Source: Candidatus Velthaea sp.
GTDB taxonomy: Bacteria > Vulcanimicrobiota > Vulcanimicrobiia > Vulcanimicrobiales > Vulcanimicrobiaceae
Direction: 5' to 3'
Length of the DNA: 64,000 nt
Assembly: GCA_965214935.1 (NCBI GenBank)
Contig: CBDCCS010000001.1
Coordinates: 96,001-160,000, forward strand
Both the position numbers and the translations under genes were made by a program. This document shows positions 10,427-20,298 of this stretch, piece after piece. Position 1 is the first letter of the stretch; every line of letters starts with the position of its first letter. The notes under the pieces are model-generated. The model was not told the origin of the DNA. It made no database searches and saw only the letters and a program-made list of their open reading frames with translations.

Positions 10427-12501
10427 TTGACTAGCACGATGGTTCGCGAAGCGGGTACTGCATAATAGCCGATCGCCGGCGCATCGATAACGTGCAAACC
10501 GATCTGGTGCCGCCCTTCCGGCAAACCTTGCGTGCCGATCGTTCCGGAGAAGCCGACGCTCGTCATCTGCTGACCGTAAGCGGCAGCCACGTCGGGGCGC
10601 AGCAAACCGTAATTCGCTCGTAGCACGACGCGATCGTCGATCGTCACGAACACGGCTGCTGCGGGCAGACGGGTATCTGCATCGGCGGCCCAGCCCCGGA
10701 CGTAGAGGGGCGCGCCGGCGCGGGCATAGACCGGCGGATTTGGTCCACTCGCCGGTTGGCGGGCGCCGTCGCCGGGCAACGCCGGTGCGACTTCGTCTAT
10801 GACGGCTAGGCCGGGGCGGTTCAAAGCAACGATGTGTTTGGGTATCAACGTCGCGACCGACCGGTCATAATACCGGTCACGGATCGTTGCGCCGGCATAC
10901 GCGCTCCCGGCAAGCGCGAAGACCACGAAGAAGGCCAGCATGAAGGTCGACAGACGCTGCGCCGATTTCGGAACGCGCAGCATGGCCGGCGCTTCGCGGA
11001 CCGCAACGAGCAACGCCGCGGCCATGAACGGTATCCAGTTCCGGCCTTGTGCGCCGAAGGTATTGTCATAGACGACATACATCGACAGCATGAGGACGGA
11101 GAAGGCGAGGTAGCTATTGAGAATCGGGTTGCCGCACAAAGCGCGAGCCGCCAGGTAGAGGCGGCCGCGGCGGGCGAGCGAGACGATCGACCGTAAGCGC
11201 CGGACGACAACGATTGCGAGCGCAACGATTACCGCTACCGTCGTCCAGTCGGTCAGCTTCGCCAGCGCTTGTTCGGTCGGCACATTTCCGATCACTAGCG
11301 GGGCATCAAGCCAACCGAATACACCCCAGTACGAAACTTGCGTACTACCGCCGTTGAAGTAATCGTCGAAAGCACGAACGCTGCGGTCAACGAGATATTG
11401 CGGGACGGTCCCGGTTGCGCGGGCAGCCGCCAGTGAAGCGGTGTTGATGAAGCGGATGCCCGGTAGAGAGTCCGTATGAGATTTGTGCACGATCGCGGTG
11501 TTGAGCGCAAACGCAGCGATCGTCGGCACAAACACGGCGCACAAAACCGCCGGCCAGCGCCGCTGCCAAGCTCGCAGCCCCCAGCGCTCGACGGCAATGA
11601 AGGCGGCGATCGGAACGACAAGTGCGACGGCGAACTGAATTTTGGTCAGCATCAGCGCGGCCAGCAACAGACCGGTGCAGATGACGAGCGGCATCGTCGC
11701 GCCGCGGTTCTTCATGCGCGTCGTTATGTAAAAGCACATTGCAACGAGCGTGAAACTCAAATTATCGGGCTGGACGTATGAAGAGACGAACGTGACCATC
11801 GGAAACGCACCGATGGCGAACGTCAGAAGCAGCGAGCGACATACGCCGACGGCAAGCCCGCGGAACGTCCAGTATGTGAAACCGAGGGAAAGACAAAGCA
11901 GACCCACGGAAAACAATCGGGCTGCAAAGAACTGGCCGGTCAGCGAATGCAACTCGGTAGAGATCACCCGGACCCAGAGCGCGGCGGCGGCGTAGAATCC
12001 GAACGGATACACCGTGATGAGCCAGGGTACCGGATGATCGGGAACATCGTAATACTGCTGCGCGATCGCCGGTGCATGGGTGTTGATCCGAATCTTATAC
12101 GCGGGCGTCGCATAATCAGCGGGCACGTGATTTTCGGGATGGAACGCAATGCGATTCGTTTCGACCGCTGCACTCAAGTACTTAATATCCGGATCGGCAA
12201 TTTCTGCGCTAATACCGTCGTCGGCGCGCAAGAGATGCCCGGCATGGGCGAGCGAGAAGACGTAATCACTGTGAGCAGGTTCGTCCGGCGACTGAAAGAT
12301 CGGAACGGCAAAAACCCAAAATATCGCGAGCGCCGCAGCCGAACAGATCGTTCCGATCAGCGAGGTCCATTCAAGCACGTCGCTTAGGACGTCCCGCGTC
12401 GCTTTCGCGAGCCTCTGCTGCGGCAATTCTTGGATTTCAAGGGCCGGCTCAGAGCGGAGAATGCTGGTCGATTCCTTCCTTTGCGGACGCGGGACCAGCA
12501 C
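10423..12501 (-). CDS. DUF2142-like membrane protein (putative GT-C) with C-terminal Ig-like domain
   Basis: PIFQSPDEPAH, YPFGFY, ARLFS, VQPDN, WGVFGW, QGRNW; C-terminal GWAAD..RPDVA..GF. Confidence 0.7.
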   Translation of the reverse strand: MLVPRPQRKESTSILRSEPALEIQELPQQRLAKATRDVLSDVLEWTSLIGTICSAAALAIFWVFAVPIFQSPDEPAHSDYVFSLAHAGHLLRADDGISAEIADPDIKYLSAAVETNRIAFHPENHVPADYATPAYKIRINTHAPAIAQQYYDVPDHPVPWLITVYPFGFYAAAALWVRVISTELHSLTGQFFAARLFSVGLLCLSLGFTYWTFRGLAVGVCRSLLLTFAIGAFPMVTFVSSYVQPDNLSFTLVAMCFYITTRMKNRGATMPLVICTGLLLAALMLTKIQFAVALVVPIAAFIAVERWGLRAWQRRWPAVLCAVFVPTIAAFALNTAIVHKSHTDSLPGIRFINTASLAAARATGTVPQYLVDRSVRAFDDYFNGGSTQVSYWGVFGWLDAPLVIGNVPTEQALAKLTDWTTVAVIVALAIVVVRRLRSIVSLARRGRLYLAARALCGNPILNSYLAFSVLMLSMYVVYDNTFGAQGRNWIPFMAAALLVAVREAPAMLRVPKSAQRLSTFMLAFFVVFALAGSAYAGATIRDRYYDRSVATLIPKHIVALNRPGLAVIDEVAPALPGDGARQPASGPNPPVYARAGAPLYVRGWAADADTRLPAAAVFVTIDDRVVLRANYGLLRPDVAAAYGQQMTSVGFSGTIGTQGLPEGRHQIGLHVIDAPAIGYYAVPASRTIVLVK

Positions 12502-13679
12502 TAACGGTCGCGCTCGGTCCGGTACGCGTAAAATAGACGCCGTTCGGCTATAAGATTCCGCTTGTCCACCTGAAAGGGAAAGCCGCCCGTCCAGCTTGAC
12601 GGGACAGCCTCAATTGCAAAGAGCTGGTTTCCGGTCGGAAACTCAAGCGAGCCGAGCAGCGTACCGGCGGCGCAATCAACGGCGTGTACCGCACAGCGGC
12701 TACTATCGACGTCAAGGCCGGGCGCGTAATGCCGAAAACGCGGGATGACACGCGACGTCCCGGCAAAGGCAATGTTGTCGACGAAGGTGAGACCACGGGT
12801 CCACCCGGGCAGCCGTGCAACGACGTCATAGCCATTTGCTTCGGCCGCGACGGCAAGTTCACCATAGCCGCTGTTGTCGACCCACACGCGGCCGTCATGC
12901 AGGCGCGCAGAGTGCGGACGGGTCAACCCGCGCATCATCGGTTCGCCGGTTGCGCCGGCGAACACGACACCCAAGCGGTCAACGGGATACTCTAAGTGTC
13001 CGGGCGGAAAGGCGGCCGGCTCCGCCCCACTGGCCGAAAAGAACGACGTATCGAGCGTCGGTCCGGCTGCAATCGAGTTGAGTTGAATGAGATTCTGACC
13101 GGTGTCCGGCACGCCGTCGCGCTCGACTGACTTCGGCCACCACGCGATCGCCGCGCCGCGCTCGCCGTCGATTCGGACCACCGCATTCTGGCCGACGGAA
13201 TTGGCGTGCAGAACCGAACCGATACAAGCAAGATCGTGAATGTAAAAGCAGCCGGGTAAGTACCGGGTGGCGACCGGGACGAGCGGACGGTATGCGATGT
13301 CGGCCGCTTCGTTGTCGCGGCGTTCCAATGTGCCGGTAACGGGAGCCAGAGAATAGACTTGGTTTGGATTGCGCGTCGAGGCCAGATGCAAAATGCCGGC
13401 GGTCGTGTCGAACGCCAACCCCGATGGATGCGGGACGCGCATGTACGAAACGCGCGGAACACCGTCCGAACACGAGACGGCGAGCACGAGATGCTCGTAC
13501 TCGCGCGTCACAATGATCGTAACGGCAAGTTGTTCGAGCACATCCCAAAAACGACCGGTAGACGTGAACTCGAACATCCCGGCGTCGACCGGCGCAAATT
13601 CGCTCCACTGGGCGGCGATCGTTAACGGATCTCGCCACTCTTCGGCATGCCTAGCAAAGCGGTGTTCGTCGGCGCTCAA
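12501..13679 (-). CDS. TIGR03032/DUF4915 family protein
   Basis: IHDLA, QLNSIA, GLTRPHSARLHDGRVWVDNSGYGEL, LPGWTRGL motifs typical of this family. Confidence 0.75.
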   Translation of the reverse strand: MSADEHRFARHAEEWRDPLTIAAQWSEFAPVDAGMFEFTSTGRFWDVLEQLAVTIIVTREYEHLVLAVSCSDGVPRVSYMRVPHPSGLAFDTTAGILHLASTRNPNQVYSLAPVTGTLERRDNEAADIAYRPLVPVATRYLPGCFYIHDLACIGSVLHANSVGQNAVVRIDGERGAAIAWWPKSVERDGVPDTGQNLIQLNSIAAGPTLDTSFFSASGAEPAAFPPGHLEYPVDRLGVVFAGATGEPMMRGLTRPHSARLHDGRVWVDNSGYGELAVAAEANGYDVVARLPGWTRGLTFVDNIAFAGTSRVIPRFRHYAPGLDVDSSRCAVHAVDCAAGTLLGSLEFPTGNQLFAIEAVPSSWTGGFPFQVDKRNLIAERRLFYAYRTERDR

Positions 13680-14371
13680 CGCCCGCGGCCGGCTCGAGCT
13701 AGCCGAACGGCGCCGATATACATTTTAAACGCCGAGCGGTAATTCGTCGTCGACTTGCCCCCGTGCCGGCGGGTCGAAAAGATCGGTATTTCGATCATCG
13801 GATATTCGTTGCGGCGACAGATGGCGTTGAACTCGGCGTCGATGAGATCGTCGTCGGACTGGAGTGCGAGCAGCGGGGCGTATTGTTTGGGAAAAACTTT
13901 GGGCGTTCCGTTGACGTCCCACGCGGATAAGTCGAACAACAGCCGGCACTCGAGGTTGTAAAGGAGAGAACCAAGACGCCGGGTGACGCTCTCGCGTATG
14001 CGCCGGTTCGCTTTGACGATCGTCTCAGGAAAACTGCGGGCGTAAAGGAGCGCGAGCACCAGTTCGCGATCGGTCGTGCGCGCAGAATTGGTGTAACAAA
14101 TCAGGTCACCGTTCGCTTCGGCAATACCGCGCTTGACGGCGCGGCCCCAGCCGCCCAGTGCCTCTTCATACACGGCGACGTGCCCGTTTGCTCGGGCAAG
14201 CGTATCGCATGCCGCCCGCGAACCGTCGCGCGGTGAGCCGTTGACGACGAGGACGATCTCGAATCGTAGACCGGCTCGCGACAAAGCCGCGTCGTAGCCG
14301 TTGACGATCTCGGCAATATGATCGGCTTGTTTGTAAACCGGCAAGACGATCGAGACGAGCAGATCGTTCAA
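13676..14371 (-). CDS. GT2 glycosyltransferase (polyprenol-phosphate type, atypical DxD site)
   Basis: SIVLPVY, VVNGS, GWGRAVKRG, DVNGTPK, EIPI..R..GKS; YTNSA at the usual DxD position. Confidence 0.75.
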   Translation of the reverse strand: MNDLLVSIVLPVYKQADHIAEIVNGYDAALSRAGLRFEIVLVVNGSPRDGSRAACDTLARANGHVAVYEEALGGWGRAVKRGIAEANGDLICYTNSARTTDRELVLALLYARSFPETIVKANRRIRESVTRRLGSLLYNLECRLLFDLSAWDVNGTPKVFPKQYAPLLALQSDDDLIDAEFNAICRRNEYPMIEIPIFSTRRHGGKSTTNYRSAFKMYIGAVRLARAGRGR

Positions 14372-15300
14372 ACAATTTCGCGCGAGCAGAGCGCTACGGC
14401 GACATCGACAATCGATTCGGCGTCTATTTTACTACGTCGATTGTAGAACGATTGACTGCCGCTCTTTCCATCCGGTTTTTCGCGGACACCGCAACGCACG
14501 AGCGTTGAGCCGCTGCCGCACTCGGCGATCGTTTCGGCAACGAGCGATCCGAGTGCGCCGTCGACGACTTGCGCTTCGACGCTCACGATGCGGCGATTGT
14601 GCGTAACGAGCTCGCGCAGATCGTCGACCGGTGAAGGGTTGAACGACGAAACGATCGCGACGGTCGCAGTCATTCCGTGTTCGCGCAACAACGTTTCGCT
14701 CGCACGAACGACGTCATGCGATGCCGTGCCCATCGTTACGAACAATACATCAGATCCGGTGCGCACGATCTCGACACGCCCGAGCCGAAAACGGCCGTTC
14801 AGACCGGCGACGGTATTCGAGTCGTCTTTTCCCAAGCGATAATAGATGGGGCCGGGCAAATCGGCGGTATCGACGAGCGCCGTGCGCGCCTGCTCGAAGT
14901 CCGCGGGCGAAACGATCGTCAGCCCGCGCTGCGGACGTAGCGACGCGGCATCATCGATGCCATGGTGCGTCGGCCCGGCGTAACCGTATTCGTAGCCGGC
15001 CCCCATTCCCACGATGCGCACGGGCAAATGATGGAGGACCGGACCATTACGGATGAACTCAAACGGTCGCAACGACGCAAAGGTGATGATCGAGTAACAA
15101 TACGGACGATATCCCGCCTCCGCGAGTCCGGTTGCAACGCCGAGCATGTTCTGTTCGGCGACGCCGATATTATAAAACTGACCGGGCAACGCATTGGAGA
15201 AAGGCTCGAGCGCCATAAAGCCGAGATCGGCCGTCAGCAGCAAAACGCGCTTATCGCGCAATCCCATCTCCGTAACGGTTTTGGCAAAGGTCGCTCTCAC
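14368..15300 (-). CDS. Transketolase-like enzyme, C-terminal (pyrimidine-binding) subunit
   Basis: LTADLG, NIGVAEQNMLG, GPTHH, GPIYYRLG. GTG start overlaps the TGA of the N-subunit gene. Confidence 0.9.
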   Translation of the reverse strand: MRATFAKTVTEMGLRDKRVLLLTADLGFMALEPFSNALPGQFYNIGVAEQNMLGVATGLAEAGYRPYCYSIITFASLRPFEFIRNGPVLHHLPVRIVGMGAGYEYGYAGPTHHGIDDAASLRPQRGLTIVSPADFEQARTALVDTADLPGPIYYRLGKDDSNTVAGLNGRFRLGRVEIVRTGSDVLFVTMGTASHDVVRASETLLREHGMTATVAIVSSFNPSPVDDLRELVTHNRRIVSVEAQVVDGALGSLVAETIAECGSGSTLVRCGVREKPDGKSGSQSFYNRRSKIDAESIVDVAVALCSREIV

Positions 15301-16106
15301 GTGTTGCGCACTTCGTCTAGCGCCGCCGCAAACTGCTCGTCGTTCATCGGCAAATAATGCCATTTGATCTGGTTGTGCATGTACGACACGCCCTTGCCGA
15401 ACACGGTTTTCGCGATGATGACGCGCGGACGGCCGAGCGCCGGTGCATTTGCCGCGGCTGCAAGCGCATCAAGATCGTGACCGTCGCACTCAACGGCGTC
15501 CCAGCCGAAAGCAGCAAAGCGCTCGGCGGCATTAGGTATATCGATGACGTCACGCGTGTAACCCAAGGCTTGCTGTCCGTTCGAGTCGACGAACGCGCAG
15601 AGCCGGTCCAGCTTCTGCTGCGCGGCAAACATGACGGCTTCCCAGGTCGAACCTTCATTGAGTTCCGCATCGCTCAAAATGATGAACGTACGCCGATCCG
15701 ATCCATCACGCCGCGCCGCGAGCGCAGCACCGGCCGCCATCGATAGCCCTTGCCCAAGTGACCCCGTGCAGAAATCAACCCCGCGCAAAATATGCTCGGG
15801 ATGAACGCCGAGCATCGAGTCGTTTGCGCAATACGTAGCGAGTTGCTCGGGTTCGATCCAACCACGCAGCGCAAGCGCGGCGTAAAGCGCCAAGGCCGCA
15901 TGCCCTTTGCTGAGCACGACGCGGTCGCGATCCGCATCTTCGGGAGATTCGAGCCGAATTAAGCGCCCGTAGATGACGCTTATGATATCGGCGACCGACA
16001 GCGCCGAACCGATATGTCCGACGTGCGCGCGCTGCGATTGCTCCAAGATAATTTCGCGAATACGCCGGCTCGATACGTCAGCTGCAAAGGTCGTCGACTC
16101 AATCAT
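15297..16106 (-). CDS. Transketolase-like enzyme, N-terminal (ThDP-binding) subunit
   Basis: GHIGSALS, LSKGHA, TGSLGQG, SDAELNEGSTWEA..DSN, GKG..WH. Confidence 0.9.
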   Translation of the reverse strand: MIESTTFAADVSSRRIREIILEQSQRAHVGHIGSALSVADIISVIYGRLIRLESPEDADRDRVVLSKGHAALALYAALALRGWIEPEQLATYCANDSMLGVHPEHILRGVDFCTGSLGQGLSMAAGAALAARRDGSDRRTFIILSDAELNEGSTWEAVMFAAQQKLDRLCAFVDSNGQQALGYTRDVIDIPNAAERFAAFGWDAVECDGHDLDALAAAANAPALGRPRVIIAKTVFGKGVSYMHNQIKWHYLPMNDEQFAAALDEVRNT

Positions 16107-17065
16107 TGCGGCAATGCCTTCGAGCGCTCGTAGAAAGATAACTGCGCGGCCGATGCAGTCAACCAGGCGGCAGTTCGTGCGAAGCCCTCGGCGAATCCGA
16201 TCTTCGCACGCCAGCCCGTTTGCGCTTCGATGCGCCGGACATTTGCAATCCAGATGTCCGTATCCCAGCTTTTTCGCGCCATCGAGCCCCAGCGCGGAGC
16301 TTCGTCGATTGCAAAGCGCTTGCGTACCACATCGACGACGTCGGTCATCGACGTTTGCACGCCGGTACCCACATTGTAGACTTCGCCCGACGGAACGTTT
16401 GCTTCCAGAACGGACTCATACGCATCGACCACATCGTCAACGAAAATAAAATCGCGCGCGGTCGAAGGCGAAACGAGCGGCGGCAGCAATCCCTTGTGCG
16501 CTTGCACGATGAGCGTAGGAATAAGCCGGGTCGGCTCCTCGAACGGACCGTACACCGAGTACAGGCGCAGTGTCGTCACGTGAAGCGCCGTTGTTGCAGC
16601 AACGAATTTGCCGTAGTGCGTGGCGGCGACTTTCGTGACGGCGTATAGACTGTTGGGTGCAACGGCTTCGGATTCGTCCGGTGCATGATCTTTATAACCG
16701 TACTCCGATGAACTGCCGGTGTTGATAAATCGCCGTACGCCCGCGGCTCCGGCACAATCCATCAAATTCATTGTGGCTTCGACGTTCGTTCCGACGGCCG
16801 AACGCCGGTCGGCCTGCGTCGCATAAGCCCCATAGGTAGCGAGGTGCAGTACGGCATCCGGCCGGATGCGCGCAAAGACATCCTCCACCGCGCGGCGATC
16901 GGTCAAATCGAGGTTGTGGCGATGGTAACCGTCAAGACCGTTCAATCGCCAGGATTGCGAAGACTGCCGAAGCAGCAGATGGACGTCATCGCCGCGTCGG
17001 ACGAACCGGCGAGCCAGGTTCGCGCCGACAAAACCGGTCGCACCGGTCACGGCGATCACACTCAC
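16103..17065 (-). CDS. NAD-dependent epimerase/dehydratase/reductase (extended SDR)
   Basis: VTGATGFVG, GSSSEYG, YAVTK, LRLYSVYGP, RDFIFVDD. Confidence 0.9.
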   Translation of the reverse strand: MSVIAVTGATGFVGANLARRFVRRGDDVHLLLRQSSQSWRLNGLDGYHRHNLDLTDRRAVEDVFARIRPDAVLHLATYGAYATQADRRSAVGTNVEATMNLMDCAGAAGVRRFINTGSSSEYGYKDHAPDESEAVAPNSLYAVTKVAATHYGKFVAATTALHVTTLRLYSVYGPFEEPTRLIPTLIVQAHKGLLPPLVSPSTARDFIFVDDVVDAYESVLEANVPSGEVYNVGTGVQTSMTDVVDVVRKRFAIDEAPRWGSMARKSWDTDIWIANVRRIEAQTGWRAKIGFAEGFARTAAWLTASAAQLSFYERSKALPQ

Positions 17066-17066
17066 G

Positions 17067-18002
17067 CTAGGCGTTGCCGTTCAGGAAACGCGCGTAATCA
17101 AAGGCATCGATGTAAACCGATGTTCGCAGCCGCACTTCGTCGCGTTCTGCAGCGGACAATTCGTTCGCCGTCGCGAGGTTGGCTTGCGGCGTTGCTTTAC
17201 GGATCGTGCCCCATGGATACACCTCTTCGAGCACCGTCGAGTTCCACGACGGCGTGCGCAGCGATTCGCTCGTTTGCAATCCGAGCTCGCCGCATAGCTT
17301 GCCCAAGGTGGCAACCGAATCGGCAAGCACGTCCTCGATTCGAATGACGTGAAAGCGACCCGGGAATTTCTGTTGAAATGCCAACGCGTAATATTGATTG
17401 AGATTCCAAGCCAGCGTGTAATGCTCGAGTGAGAGCGGCACCGCGCGCTTCTTCGTGTCAGCGTACGCCGACCACGGGTTACGCACGATATGTAACACAT
17501 GCGCGTCGGGCAAGTCCGTCAGGATTTTGTCGCCGTCGACCCCGATGATCGGGTTGTAACCGACGTACATCTGCTCGTCGCCCGTGCGTTTGAGATCCTT
17601 CCAAGCCTCAAACGTCGCTTCAAAAAACGCCATTACGTTATTCGGCCGCGAGCGTCCGGTCTCGGCAATGATACGCTCGTAGATTTTGCAACGCTCATCA
17701 TCGTTCATATCGAACGGCATATGATTGAACTTGCTGACCCGCGGCGTGCGCGAGCGGACTTTGCCTTCCTCATCGATGATCGCTTTGTAATCTTGGTACG
17801 GCGTTGCATGCAATGCGAACGTCGGCCAGCGATATTTGAGCGGAAACATCGACGATAAGTAGTCGTTCACAAGTGACGTGCCGATTTGTGACTCGAATGG
17901 ATAGACGAACATTTGCCGATGGCCGTCCAGAAACCGATGCGTCGTGTTTCCGCCGTTTTCGTACATCGCGCCGATCATTAAAAGCCGTACGCCGCTAGGC
18001 AT
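17067..18002 (-). CDS. Sulfotransferase-fold protein with divergent PAPS-binding motifs
   Basis: IGAMYENGGNTTHRFLDGH resembles the 5'-PSB loop; HIVRNPW resembles the 3'-PB motif; IRIEDV..LCGELGL; GGAG SD. Confidence 0.65.
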   Translation of the reverse strand: MPSGVRLLMIGAMYENGGNTTHRFLDGHRQMFVYPFESQIGTSLVNDYLSSMFPLKYRWPTFALHATPYQDYKAIIDEEGKVRSRTPRVSKFNHMPFDMNDDERCKIYERIIAETGRSRPNNVMAFFEATFEAWKDLKRTGDEQMYVGYNPIIGVDGDKILTDLPDAHVLHIVRNPWSAYADTKKRAVPLSLEHYTLAWNLNQYYALAFQQKFPGRFHVIRIEDVLADSVATLGKLCGELGLQTSESLRTPSWNSTVLEEVYPWGTIRKATPQANLATANELSAAERDEVRLRTSVYIDAFDYARFLNGNA

Positions 18003-18148
18003 GTTTCGTTACTCCGTGGTTAAAACGTGCAATTCGGAAATCAATTCCGCGCAGCATGAAATCACGTCGCGGCGAATTCGTCCAGCGCTGCATTTTTTGA
18101 CCGGTGCGCAAAACCTTCTCGCTAGCGATCATCGACACGCTCGCCCGT

Positions 18149-20143
18149 TTATGGTGCGAGGCGGAAATCCTCGGCGTTCAACGATAGATGCGGACTGTAG
18201 AACGGATCGTTCGACCACGCTTGCTGCCAGCGCGTTTGCAGCCGTGCACGTTCGGTCATATCCCGCTCGATCGACGCTGCGTCGGTATCGTAACCACGCG
18301 ATTGCGATTCAAGATGAAAGACTTCGACATGCGGCAGGCACACGTTATAGAGTCCGCATTCGAGCAGGCGCAAACAAAAATCCACGTCGTTGTACGCAAT
18401 CGGGAACGTCTCGTCGAAACCGCCGACGTCCACGAACGTTTGTCGGCGCACCATCATGCACGCTGCGGTTACGGCCGCATAGTTGGTGGTCAAAGCTACG
18501 TTGTTCGCGTAACCGCCGGTCGTGCGCGGTTGATGCCGATGACTGTGGCCTGCGATGCCTCCAATGCCCAGCACGACGCCCGCATGTTGAATCGTGGCAT
18601 CGGCGTAAAGCAGCTTGGCCCCGACCGCGCCGATCGACGGACGCTGCGCATACTCCACCATCGCCGTCATCCAATCGCCGTGTACGATTTCGGTGTCGTT
18701 ATTGAGAAACAACAAATACCGGCCGCTCGTGTGCTCGACCGCAACGTTATTAATTTTCGCATAATTAAACGGCACGTCATAGCGCACGTAACGGAAGCGG
18801 TACGGTTCGGAACGTTTATAGGCGGCAAACAGCGCGAGTGCATCGGCGCGGTCGGAGCCATTGTCAAGGAGGACGACTTCATAATCGGGATACGTCGTTC
18901 GGCCGAACAACGAATCGAGACAGCGCCGAACTTCGAGCGCCCCGTTACGCGTCGGAATGATCACCGATACCTTTTGCAAACGCTGCACCTCGTACCGGAT
19001 GTCCCAGTGTCCCGCGCCGGCGACGGCCGGACGAACCGACCCGCCTTCGCCGCGCCGGTCGAGGGCGTCGGCGATCGCTCGCTGTGCATTCACATAGGCA
19101 TAGTCTTTGGCTTGCGGATTTTGCGAGGTCGATGCCGGATGGAGCCGCCAGCTGTAAAGAACGCGCGGGATATGCCCGATCCGATCCGTTCGCTCGGTAA
19201 AGCGCAAGACGAGATCGTAATCCTGGGCGCCCTCGAAGCCATTGCGAAAGCCGCCGATTTCCGTAAGGATCGTGCGGCGGTATACTCCGAGATGGCTTGT
19301 ATACATTTTTGTGAGAAACGTGTCGGGGGCCCAATCAGGTTTGAAATAGGGGCCCGATCGCCGGCCGAAATCATCGATCTTATCTTCATCGGAATAAAGC
19401 ATATCGAGTTCGGGCCGAGCGTTGAGAGCGACGGCATTTTCAAACAGTGCATCGGGCTGGAGAACGTCGTCGTGATCGAGTAGCGCGATGAACTCGCCGG
19501 TCGCCATTTCAAGCGCGGTATTACTTGCTTGCGCGATGTGCCCGTTTTGCGTGCGAATCGCGAGCACGATACGCGGGTCGGCCGCCATGTATTCGCGCGC
19601 TATATCCGCTACGTGTCGTGAAGGCGATGCATCGTCGACGATGCAGAGTTGCCAGTGCGTGTATGTTTGCGCAACGACCGACTCGATCGCCGCGCGCAGA
19701 TACCGTTCGGGCGTTTGATACGCAGGCATGAGAACGCTGAACTTCGGCTTATAGGATAAGCATGCAGCGACGGACCGCATGCGCTCGAGATCGGACTCGC
19801 GCGGCGCGTTGAGGACGAGCCAGTGTTGATAACGATCGTCGAGCGTCTCACGGTCTTCTACCCGAGTATCGGGCCGCGGCAGATCCGCGCCGCGACCGAT
19901 TAAGCGGCGGACGATCGTGCGCATTTTCCACCATCGCGTGCCGAGCACTTCGTCGACGTACGCATTTGATTCGGCCAGCGCGTCCTGAAGATCTTTGAGC
20001 CGGCCGGCGAGCGGCTTGCGCGTCGATTGCAGCAGAAACAGCTCGCTTACAAGTCTGCGCATATCCGTTTCATAGGCAAGCACCTTGCGGTGCAGGGTCG
20101 AAACGTCCTCATCGTCACGCCGACGCAAATCTTGTCTACTCAT
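18149..20143 (-). CDS. Tandem GT2-GT2 glycosyltransferase with N-terminal coiled coil
   Basis: FSVLMPAY, LLDHDD, YSDEDK, GAQDYD, IIPTRN, FLNNDT, YNDVDFCL, HLESQSRG. Start at MSRQ after AAGGGG. Confidence 0.9.
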   Translation of the reverse strand: MSRQDLRRRDDEDVSTLHRKVLAYETDMRRLVSELFLLQSTRKPLAGRLKDLQDALAESNAYVDEVLGTRWWKMRTIVRRLIGRGADLPRPDTRVEDRETLDDRYQHWLVLNAPRESDLERMRSVAACLSYKPKFSVLMPAYQTPERYLRAAIESVVAQTYTHWQLCIVDDASPSRHVADIAREYMAADPRIVLAIRTQNGHIAQASNTALEMATGEFIALLDHDDVLQPDALFENAVALNARPELDMLYSDEDKIDDFGRRSGPYFKPDWAPDTFLTKMYTSHLGVYRRTILTEIGGFRNGFEGAQDYDLVLRFTERTDRIGHIPRVLYSWRLHPASTSQNPQAKDYAYVNAQRAIADALDRRGEGGSVRPAVAGAGHWDIRYEVQRLQKVSVIIPTRNGALEVRRCLDSLFGRTTYPDYEVVLLDNGSDRADALALFAAYKRSEPYRFRYVRYDVPFNYAKINNVAVEHTSGRYLLFLNNDTEIVHGDWMTAMVEYAQRPSIGAVGAKLLYADATIQHAGVVLGIGGIAGHSHRHQPRTTGGYANNVALTTNYAAVTAACMMVRRQTFVDVGGFDETFPIAYNDVDFCLRLLECGLYNVCLPHVEVFHLESQSRGYDTDAASIERDMTERARLQTRWQQAWSNDPFYSPHLSLNAEDFRLAP

Positions 20144-20298
20144 AAAACCCCTTGCTTCGCACGTCGCAACCGCCTGCGCTATCGCGACGTGAAGTTGACC
20201 GGACTGCAGGGTTACCGGCATGCCGTGCAACGCGCGGCAAGATGCGTGGGATGTATGGAACGAAAGAAGAGAGGCCGCTCAATGCCCGCTGACGTCGC

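Noticed and set aside
17944..19483. Long antisense ORFs (253 aa and 431 aa) opposite a GT2 gene; similar ones opposite mfd and pdp
   Set aside because: Shadow ORFs expected from high-GC codon bias; no recognisable domains.
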